Shown: positions 25,095 through 32,191 of the stretch, piece by piece
How positions within the stretch are numbered: position 1 is the stretch's first letter
Layout of the letters: every line of letters starts with the position of its first letter
Source: Gaiellaceae bacterium
GTDB taxonomy: Bacteria > Actinomycetota > Thermoleophilia > Gaiellales > Gaiellaceae
Assembly: GCA_035264445.1 (NCBI GenBank)
Contig: DATFQE010000283.1
Span: forward strand, 1 to 34,179
Length of the DNA: 34,179 nucleotides
Direction: 5' to 3'
Translations under genes and position numbers: made by a program
Notes under the pieces: model-generated
What the model was told of the DNA's origin: nothing
The model's database searches: none
What the model saw: the letters and a program-made list of their open reading frames with translations, nothing else

Positions 25095-26152
25095 GCGTCC
25101 TGCGGGATGTGCACCCTGATCCGGGCACCGTCGACCGGCCTCGAGGTCTGGGCGATCAGCCGGAGCGCGCCCGCCTCGAGCTCATACTCGTAGTGGTCGC
25201 CGAGGAAGGCGGTCGAATGCACGTCGGCATCCCACGTGTTCGTGCCGTTGACGGACGTGTCGCCGCTCGTGAGTAGCGTCATCGCCTCCGGGCGAACGAC
25301 CACCGTCACGCGGTCGGAGACGCGTGCACCTTTCGCGGCGCGCACGGTCAGGCGCCGCGACCCGTCGAGCTCGAGCACCGCCTGGCCGCCGTCGACGCCG
25401 GCGACGACGCCCTCGAACAGGTTGACCCGGCCGACGAACTCGGCGACGAACCGATTCGCGGGGCGGTGGTAGACGTCCTCGGGCGCGCCGATCTGCTGGA
25501 TCTCGCCCGCGCTCATCACGGCGACCCGATCGCTCATCGACAGCGCCTCGTCCTGGTCGTGGGTGACGAAGATCGTCGTCAGCCCGAGTCGGTGCTGGAG
25601 ATCCTTCACCCACGTGCGGGCGCGGATCCTGAGCTTGGCGTCGAGGTTCGAGAAAGGCTCGTCGAGCAGCAGGACGGACGGGGAGTAGACCAGCGCCCGG
25701 GCGAGGGCGACGCGCTGCTGCTGCCCGCCGGAGAGCTCGTGCGGGTAGCGCTTCTCGTACGGCGTCATCTCGACAAGCTCGAGCGTCTGCGCGATCCGCG
25801 AGCGGATCTCGGCCCGCTTCAGCCTCCGCACCTTGAGCGGGAACGCGAGGTTCTCGAAAACCGTCATGTGCGGCCAAACGGCGTAGGACTGGAAGACGAT
25901 GCCGAGGTTGCGCCGCTCGGCCGGAAGCGCGATCCGCTTCGCGGCGTCGAACACCGTCTCGTCGCCCACGCCGATGCGGCCTTGCTCCGGCTGCTGGAAG
26001 CCCGCGATCGACATCAGGGTCGTCGACTTGCCACAGCCGCTCGGGCCGAGCAGCGTGAACAGCTCGCCGTCCCTCACCGTGAAGTCGACGTTGTCGAGCG
26101 CGCGCTGGTCGCCGAAGGTCTTGACCAGACCCTCGACGGTGATCTCAGGCAT
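25076..26152 (-). CDS. ABC transporter ATP-binding protein (FbpC/PotA type)
   Basis: ATG at 26152 gives MPEITVEGLVKTFG. Walker [13 protein letters not shown], signature [15 protein letters not shown], Walker B LLLDEPFSNLD. It overlaps the permease stop by 8 nt. Confidence 0.93.
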   Translation of the reverse strand: MPEITVEGLVKTFGDQRALDNVDFTVRDGELFTLLGPSGCGKSTTLMSIAGFQQPEQGRIGVGDETVFDAAKRIALPAERRNLGIVFQSYAVWPHMTVFENLAFPLKVRRLKRAEIRSRIAQTLELVEMTPYEKRYPHELSGGQQQRVALARALVYSPSVLLLDEPFSNLDAKLRIRARTWVKDLQHRLGLTTIFVTHDQDEALSMSDRVAVMSAGEIQQIGAPEDVYHRPANRFVAEFVGRVNLFEGVVAGVDGGQAVLELDGSRRLTVRAAKGARVSDRVTVVVRPEAMTLLTSGDTSVNGTNTWDADVHSTAFLGDHYEYELEAGALRLIAQTSRPVDGARIRVHIPQDACSMVE

Positions 26153-27884
26153 CGGGGCCTCCAGTTGTGTTGATCTTGAACAGCTTGCTGCCGACGGCGA
26201 GCACGACCACCGTGATGGCGACCTGCAGCATCGCGAGCGCCGCAACGGGCCCGACGGCGCCCTGGATGAACTGAGACAGCATCGTCGCACCCATCACCTC
26301 GGTCCCCGGCTTCACGAGGAACACCGCCGGGTCATAGTCGTTGAGCAACTCCACGAAGAGGAGGATGAAGGCCGCGAACATCGCCGGCCGCAGCAGCGGG
26401 AGGACGATGCGCCGGCTCGTCGTCCACCAGCCTGCCCCTGCAGCCCGTCCGGCGCGATCGAGCTCCTCGCCGATCCGCGCGAGGGTGGGATACATGACGA
26501 CGTACGCGAGCGGCACGTTGCGGACGCAGAAGGCGAGCATGATTCCCCAGATGCTGTTCCGGAACCAGTCACCGAGCGCACCAGTGAGCAGGAATGCCCA
26601 GAAGAAGCCGATCCCGATGATGATCCCGGGGACCGCACGCGGATAGAGCATCACGAACGGCAACGTGCGTCGCAGCCGGAAGGTCGAGCGGTGCGCGACG
26701 AGCGTCGCCAGAGCGACGAACGCCGTCGACAGCACGGCACCGACGAGCGCGATGATCAGGCTGTTCTGGATCGAGTTCCGGAAGATGCCGTCGTCGAGCG
26801 CCTGCCAGTGGCTCCAGGTGAGCAGGTCCCATGGGGCGATCAGGGGGGTGAGGAAGACGACGAACGACATCAGGGCCAGACCGAGGACGGGCAGGAGCGT
26901 CGTGAAGAGCAGATACAGCGTGATCACGCCCGCGAGCGGCCAGCGCCAGCTGCGTAGCGAGAGGAAGGCGACCCTGCCGGCCTTGCCGCCGACCGAGACG
27001 AACCGTGCCTCGGCGCCGAGCAGCCGGTTGCGGACGACGAGGAGGAGCGTCGCCACCAGGAGCAGGATCATGGCGCCGGCGCTGACCGCACCGGGGTCGG
27101 GGGAGGTGCCGTTCGTCCAGAGGGTGTACAGGTAGCTCGAGACGAACTGGATGTTGTTCGGCACGCCGAGCAGGAGCGGGATCCCGAGCACGGCGATCGA
27201 GAGCGTGAAGATCAACGTCGCCGAGTTCAGGAGCGCCGGCCTCAGCATCGGGATCGTGATGCTGCGAAGCACCCGCAACGGTGTCGCGCCCGTGCTGCGC
27301 GCCGCGTCCTCCAGCGACGAATCGGCGCGGGCGAGCGCCGCCTGGCAGGTCAGGAACGCGACCGGCATCAGCCTCGTCGCCTCGACGAGCGCCATCCCGA
27401 AGATCGTGTTGATCGCGGGTACGCCGATGTGCAGCCGCTGGTTGAAGAAGCTCGTGATGTAGCCGCCCTCGCCCCAGACCGCGATCCAGCCGAGCACCAT
27501 CCCGAGCGACGGCAGCAGGAGGGGCAGGAGGACGAGCTTGCCGAACGACCGCCGCCCCGGCAGGTCGGTACGGGTGCAGAGGATCGCGACCGCCGCCCCG
27601 AGTGCGACCGCCATCGCCGTCGTGAGCACGGCGAACTGGAGGGTGTTCCACCAGGCGTGCCAGAAGGCCCGTTCGCGGAGCAGCTCACGGTACGGCTCGA
27701 GCGTGAAGACCCCGCCGGACTCGTACAGCGGGCGGTCTCTGATCGAGGCGTAGGCGAGGGGGAGGAACGGGCCCAGGACGAGCGTGACGACGAGCGCCCA
27801 GGTCAGCCACTGGAGCAGGCTGGCCGGGACAATGCTCCGCCTTGGGCGGGGGAGCGCGTCGGTGGCGTAAGTCGTCGACGTCAT
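26145..27884 (-). CDS. Fused two-domain ABC permease (FbpB/AfuB iron(III)-type architecture)
   Basis: 579 aa with two tandem permease halves, each carrying an EAA-like loop (ARSTGATPLRVLRSITIP and GRAAGAGWWTTSRRIVLP). Confidence 0.88.
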   Translation of the reverse strand: MTSTTYATDALPRPRRSIVPASLLQWLTWALVVTLVLGPFLPLAYASIRDRPLYESGGVFTLEPYRELLRERAFWHAWWNTLQFAVLTTAMAVALGAAVAILCTRTDLPGRRSFGKLVLLPLLLPSLGMVLGWIAVWGEGGYITSFFNQRLHIGVPAINTIFGMALVEATRLMPVAFLTCQAALARADSSLEDAARSTGATPLRVLRSITIPMLRPALLNSATLIFTLSIAVLGIPLLLGVPNNIQFVSSYLYTLWTNGTSPDPGAVSAGAMILLLVATLLLVVRNRLLGAEARFVSVGGKAGRVAFLSLRSWRWPLAGVITLYLLFTTLLPVLGLALMSFVVFLTPLIAPWDLLTWSHWQALDDGIFRNSIQNSLIIALVGAVLSTAFVALATLVAHRSTFRLRRTLPFVMLYPRAVPGIIIGIGFFWAFLLTGALGDWFRNSIWGIMLAFCVRNVPLAYVVMYPTLARIGEELDRAGRAAGAGWWTTSRRIVLPLLRPAMFAAFILLFVELLNDYDPAVFLVKPGTEVMGATMLSQFIQGAVGPVAALAMLQVAITVVVLAVGSKLFKINTTGGPDA

Positions 27885-27906
27885 CCTGGGCTCGAGTCCC
27901 AGCGGC

Positions 27907-29010
27907 CTAGCCGAAGATCGCGTGCCAGCGGTTCTGGAAGGTCGGCCGGTCGTTGACGAACTTCTGGCTGAAGGGGACGAAGATCACGTTCTTCTGTCCG
28001 ACCTTTGCGTACACCTCCGCGAGCGTGTTCTTGCAGCCGTTGGCCGGCTTGAACTTCAGCCGGAAGGCGGTGAAGCCGGCCTCGCACATGATCTGCTGGC
28101 CCTGCGTGCTGTAGACGTAGTTCAGGAACAGCTTGCCCGAGGCTGGGCTTGCACCCCGCTTCGTCACGCCGATCCCGCGAGGCACGAGCGAGGTGGCGTC
28201 GCGCATGTATGCCCAGCCGAGGAGCTCTCGATACTGCGCGTTCGTCTCGATCGTGAAGCGCGCCGTCGGCGAGGTTAGGTACGCCGCCTTGGCCGCTCCC
28301 TGAGCGAGCAGCTGCAGCTGCTGGGCGACACCTGTCGCCGCTCGCAGGCGGTCCTTGCCGACCCGCTGGAGGTTCGCCCAGCCCTTCTTCTGCACGTAGC
28401 CCCAGAGTGCGGTGTAGCCAAAGAGGTTGTCGACCGTGTAACCCGTGAGCTTGTCGTACGTGCCGCTGTCGCTAGCGAGCGCGGCGAGCGTCGTCGGCAC
28501 CTTGCCCCCGGTCAGGCGCTTGTTGTAGACGATGATCGCCGGGTCGGGCGAGAGCACGAAGATGCCCTTGTACTGCTTGACGAAGCTCGGGTACTTGTCG
28601 ATCCCGCCGGGCACGAAGTCCTGGACGTAGCCCTGGCGCCGTGCGTAGACCCACAGGTTCGGGGCGCTCGAGACAAGCAGGTCGGCCGTGCGCGAGCCCT
28701 GCGCAGCCTCGGAGGCGTACTTCGAGAAGATGACGTTGTTGTCGAGGTCGTAGGACGTGACCTTGATCCACGGATACTTCGCCGTGAACGCGTCGGTCAC
28801 GACCTTCCAGTTCGCCGCGGGCGCGTTGCCGTAGACGACGAGCCCCGACTCGCCCCGCGACTGGGCGACGAGCTTCGCGACGGGCGGATTCGCCTTGATC
28901 GGCGTCTGTGCGGGTGTGCCGGCGCCCGCCAGCGCGGCGCTGGCAAGCGCGGTGACGAGGACGAGTCCGAGCGCGACAACCCGCCCCTTACGAGATGAGA
29001 ACGTGGCCAC
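27907..29010 (-). CDS. ABC transporter substrate-binding protein (FbpA/AfuA-like, family 1)
   Basis: GTG at 29010 has GGAGGG 5 nt upstream. The signal peptide is VATFSSRKGRVVALGLVLVTALASAALAGAG. The rest of track ORF 27907..30753 is antisense to the kinase gene and is rejected. Confidence 0.85.
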   Translation of the reverse strand: MATFSSRKGRVVALGLVLVTALASAALAGAGTPAQTPIKANPPVAKLVAQSRGESGLVVYGNAPAANWKVVTDAFTAKYPWIKVTSYDLDNNVIFSKYASEAAQGSRTADLLVSSAPNLWVYARRQGYVQDFVPGGIDKYPSFVKQYKGIFVLSPDPAIIVYNKRLTGGKVPTTLAALASDSGTYDKLTGYTVDNLFGYTALWGYVQKKGWANLQRVGKDRLRAATGVAQQLQLLAQGAAKAAYLTSPTARFTIETNAQYRELLGWAYMRDATSLVPRGIGVTKRGASPASGKLFLNYVYSTQGQQIMCEAGFTAFRLKFKPANGCKNTLAEVYAKVGQKNVIFVPFSQKFVNDRPTFQNRWHAIFG

Positions 29011-29175
29011 GGTATCCCTCCGGTTAGCGAGTGGTGAACAAAGCGGCGGTGATGTTGCGATCTGCACAACCGCGCGTCCAGGCTTGTGGCCGTTGTCGAG
29101 CGAATCGACCTTTGTGAGCGTTTTCTCCTTTTTGCTCACGCGGGATTCGGCGACCGGCGTCGTACCATCTGACGC

Positions 29176-30786
29176 ATGGAGCGGCCGAAGGTCTGGCGGC
29201 GTCCGCGTCTCTCGACGCAGATCCTGCTGCTCCAGGTCGCGATCATCGTCCTGACCGTCGGGGCCGGACTGGCCGTTTCGGTGATCCAGGCCCGCCGCCA
29301 GCTCGACAAGCAGACGGGCGAGACCTCGCTCGCTATCGCGCGGTCGGTGGCGTCGCTCGACTCGATCGTCGAGGCCTTCGGCGAACCTCGTCCCGAGCGG
29401 ACGATCAACCCGATCGCGGAAGGGATCCGGAAGCGCACCGAGGCGGCGTTCATCGTCGTGGCGAACCGGCAGGGAATCCGCTACTCGCATCCGGATTCGG
29501 CCAAGATCGGCGAGCGTGTCTCGACAGACCCGAGCGTCGCGCTCTCGGGCCGCGAGTACATCGGCAGCCAGACGGGGACGCTCGGCCGCTCGGTCCGGGC
29601 GAAGGTTCCGGTTCGCGACCGCGACGGACGGGTGATCGGGCTCGTCTCGGTCGGCATCCTCGAACGCACGATCAGCGCGCGGCTCCTCGCCGACCTGCCG
29701 GTGATCCTGATCGGGCCGGCGCTCGGCCTCGCGCTCGGCATCTTCGGCTCCGTCCTGCTCGCGCGCCGCATCAAGCGGCGGACGTTCGGCCTCGAGCCCC
29801 ACGAGATCGGGACGCTGCTCGAGCACCGCGAGGCGATGCTGCACGGGATCCGCGAGGGCACGATCACCACCGACCTGGACGGACGCGTGACGCTCGTGAA
29901 CGACGAGGCCCGCCGCCTTCTCAAGCTCGACGACGACGCCGTCGGCCGCGACATCATCGAGATCGTCCCGACGGGCCACGTCCGCGAGGTGATGGCCGGG
30001 AACGTCGGTGCCGCCGACCAGGTCGTGCTCGTGAACGACCGCGTGCTCGTCGTCAACCGGATGCCCGTCGCGGTGAGAGGCACGGAGGTCGGCGCAGTGA
30101 TTACGCTGCGCGACCGCACCGAGCTCGAGGGGCTGATGCGCGAGCTGAACGACGTGCGCAGCCTCGCCGACGCGCTCCGAGCCCAGGAGCACGAATTCTC
30201 CCATCGCCTCCACGTGATCGCAGGGCTGATGGAGGTCGGCCGCCACGAGGACGCCGTCCGCTTCATCAAGCAGGAATCGCTCGTCCGGCAGGCGCTCGTC
30301 GCGTCGCTGATGGAGAGCGGCGCCGATCCCGTCCTCGTCGGCCTGCTGCTCGGTAAGGCCGCAGTCGCGTCCGAGCGGGGTGTGGAGCTGCGCGTGACCG
30401 AGGACTCCCGCCTCCCCGGCGAGCTGGCGGATGCGCGGGACCTGATCACGATCGTCGGCAACCTTGTCGACAACGCGCTCGACTCGCTCGCTCCCGCCGG
30501 CTCGGGATCGATCGAGGTGACGATCCGTGAAGAGGCGGGCGGAATCCTCATCCGCGTCCACGACTCCGGCCCCGGGATCGACCCCGGGCTCGTCGAGGAG
30601 ATCTTCACGGACGGCTTCACGACGAAGGTCGCCACCGGCGTCGGCCGGCGAGGGCTCGGACTGGCCCTCGTCAGCGGCGCGGTTCAGCGACGGCGCGGGA
30701 CGGTCAAGGTCGAGAACGCTGACGGCGCCCGCTTCACGGTCTTCCTGCCTCACGTAGCGGCACCGACGGAGCCGGTGTTGACGTGA
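29176..30786 (+). CDS. Sensor histidine kinase, CitA/DcuS family
   Basis: Two TM segments flank a sensor domain, followed by a PAS region, the H-box EFSHRLHVIAGLMEVG, and ATP-binding boxes VDNALDS, DSGPGI and GLGLALV. Confidence 0.9.
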   Translation: MERPKVWRRPRLSTQILLLQVAIIVLTVGAGLAVSVIQARRQLDKQTGETSLAIARSVASLDSIVEAFGEPRPERTINPIAEGIRKRTEAAFIVVANRQGIRYSHPDSAKIGERVSTDPSVALSGREYIGSQTGTLGRSVRAKVPVRDRDGRVIGLVSVGILERTISARLLADLPVILIGPALGLALGIFGSVLLARRIKRRTFGLEPHEIGTLLEHREAMLHGIREGTITTDLDGRVTLVNDEARRLLKLDDDAVGRDIIEIVPTGHVREVMAGNVGAADQVVLVNDRVLVVNRMPVAVRGTEVGAVITLRDRTELEGLMRELNDVRSLADALRAQEHEFSHRLHVIAGLMEVGRHEDAVRFIKQESLVRQALVASLMESGADPVLVGLLLGKAAVASERGVELRVTEDSRLPGELADARDLITIVGNLVDNALDSLAPAGSGSIEVTIREEAGGILIRVHDSGPGIDPGLVEEIFTDGFTTKVATGVGRRGLGLALVSGAVQRRRGTVKVENADGARFTVFLPHVAAPTEPVLT

Positions 30787-31472
30787 TCCGGACGCTCATC
30801 GTCGACGACGACCCGATGGCGGCGTCGATCCACCGCTCGTACGTCGAGCGGGTCCCGGGCTTCGAAGTGATCGGAGAGGCGCACGCCGGCGGCGAGGCGC
30901 TCGCCTACGTGCGCGTGCTCCACCCGGATCTCCTGCTGCTCGACATTTACCTGCCGGACATGAGCGGAATCGACGTCCTGCGCGAGCTGCGGGAGCGCGG
31001 ATCGCACGCCGACGTGATCGCAATCACGGCGGCCAAGGACGTCGACACGCTGCGAACAGCGATCCACGGCGGGGTCATCCACTACCTCGTGAAGCCGTTC
31101 TTCTTCGACGCACTCCGGGAGCGCCTCGAGAGCTACGCCGCCCACCGCGCACGTCTGGAGCGCCTCAGCGAGCCCGAACAGGCCGACATCGACCACGTGT
31201 TCTCGCTCCTGCGGACGCACGGCCGGACGTCGCTCCCGAAGGGGATCTCGGCGCCGACGCTCGCGCGCGTCGTCGAGACGATCCGCGGGTCGGACGAAGA
31301 GTCGACGGCGGTCGACATCGCCGAGCGCGCCGGCATCAGTCGCGGCACCGCCCGCCGCTACCTCGAGTACCTCGCCGGGACGGGCGCAGTCGAGCTCTCG
31401 CTCCGCTACGGGGCGACGGGCCGCCCCGAGCACCTGTACCGGTGGGCAGGCACCGTCAGCACGGCGCGCTGA
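30783..31472 (+). CDS. Response regulator, CitB/DcuR family
   Basis: Receiver motifs LIVDDDP, LLLLDIYLPDMSG, ITAAKD and YLVKPF, plus the C-terminal HTH AERAGISRGTARRYLEYL. The 4-nt overlap with the kinase gene (GTGA) suggests coupling. Confidence 0.9.
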   Translation: MIRTLIVDDDPMAASIHRSYVERVPGFEVIGEAHAGGEALAYVRVLHPDLLLLDIYLPDMSGIDVLRELRERGSHADVIAITAAKDVDTLRTAIHGGVIHYLVKPFFFDALRERLESYAAHRARLERLSEPEQADIDHVFSLLRTHGRTSLPKGISAPTLARVVETIRGSDEESTAVDIAERAGISRGTARRYLEYLAGTGAVELSLRYGATGRPEHLYRWAGTVSTAR

Positions 31473-31521
31473 CGTCCACTCGCTAGGCGGAAGGCCGATC
31501 GTCCTGGCGCTCGGGCGACCC

Positions 31522-31888
31522 GGACAAAGCTCTGTTCATCGGGACAAAGTTCCGTTCATCGTTGTCAGTTCGATGAACAGAACACGCGTTTTGCAGGGAT
31601 TCTAGAGCGGATGATGGGACTCGAACCCACGACCTTCTGCATGGCAAATGGCGAAATCCGGGGCAGCATGCCCCATCATCCGCATTGGAGAGCCATGTTC
31701 CATGCAGCACCGTTAGGTTAGATCGACGTATTCGGGGACAAAATTCGGGACAAAGAACGTTTGCTGTTCCGAAAACGCGGCCTGGAGACACGCGAGTGCG
31801 GACGGGCTCGTTCCGTTGGTAGGCCCGACCCGGGGGCACCTTGTGCCCGCCTTCCCTTGCACGGAAGCGACGCGACTCCGAGTACTCA
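31522..31888 (-). repeat. Composite-repeat copy E (full length, B/E subfamily; the best-preserved copy)
   Basis: A duplicated 20-nt left unit (GGACAAAGCTCTGTTCATCG / GGACAAAGTTCCGTTCATCG), hairpin GTTCATCG-N9-CGATGAAC (31554-31578), TTTTGCAGGGATTCTAGA, then the tRNA-derived unit 31606-31683. GGGGACAA is at 31734 and GGGACAAA at 31747. By manual alignment, 31607-31779 differs from copy B 3109-3281 at 9 of 173 positions. Confidence 0.85.
31606..31683 (-). pseudogene. tRNA-sized tRNA-Gly(GCC)-like unit inside copy E (not a canonical tRNA)
   Basis: GCGGATG-AT-GGGGCATGCTGCCCC-GGATTTCGCCAT-TTGCCAT-GCAGA-AGGTC-GTGGG-TTCGAGT-CCCAT-CATCCGC-T. It has a perfect acceptor stem, G1-C72/C2-G71/G3-C70 plus U73, a T arm, and GCC in a 7-nt loop. 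The 5' anticodon-stem strand does not pair, and the D-arm position holds a 6-bp hairpin with a 3-nt loop. Confidence 0.6.
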
Positions 31889-31894
31889 TCTCAG

Positions 31895-32095
31895 CTACCA
31901 AGCGGCGATGGTCTCCGCTATCTCGTGCTCGAGATCAGCCCACGACCACTCGCCCGAGCTGAATAGGTCGTGCCACTCGAGCTCGTGACGAAGGACCAGG
32001 TTCCGCTCCCAGCTTTCGAGGGTGCCGATCCAACGGACCCACAATGCCTCCAAGCGATCGTGTGCTCCGAGGCTGTGTGTGAGGGTCATGCTCAT
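31895..32095 (-). CDS. Hypothetical Trp-rich acidic small protein (66 aa)
   Basis: AAGGAGGTG lies 6 nt upstream of ATG 32095. The product is MSMTLTHSLGAHDRLEALWVRWIGTLESWERNLVLRHELEWHDLFSSGEWSWADLEHEIAETIAAW, with roughly 75% GC3. It sits directly downstream of the RTX-like gene on the same strand. Confidence 0.45.
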   Translation of the reverse strand: MSMTLTHSLGAHDRLEALWVRWIGTLESWERNLVLRHELEWHDLFSSGEWSWADLEHEIAETIAAW

Positions 32096-32141
32096 CGTGC
32101 TCACCTCCTTCCTCTTTTTCGAGCCGGTCGCGTGGCGAAAC

Positions 32142-32172
32142 GCGATCGGGGCCCGGGCGGGGCCCCGATCGC
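32142..32172 (-). terminator. 12-bp GC-rich hairpin between the RTX-like gene and the small ORF
   Basis: GCGATCGGGGCC (32142-32153) is the exact reverse complement of GGCCCCGATCGC (32161-32172), with a 7-nt loop, 20 nt after the RTX-like stop. Only a weak U-run (GUUUCG) follows on the minus strand. Confidence 0.45.
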
Positions 32173-32191
32173 TCCCGGGGAGAGGGTGTAG

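Noticed and set aside
27907-30753. 948-aa minus-strand ORF that appears to be a giant protein.
   Set aside because: Only the last 367 codons (27907-29010, GTG start with a GGAGGG RBS and a signal peptide) look like a binding protein. The upstream 580 codons are antisense to the well-supported histidine kinase gene and to the intergenic region.
1005-31888. Integron-like cassette array, with the repeats acting as attC sites.
   Set aside because: The intervals are multi-gene operon sets on both strands with their own regulators, not single promoterless ORFs. The repeats are 180-370 bp with a tRNA-derived core rather than 60-140-bp imperfect palindromes. I found no intI-like gene and no attI/Pc.
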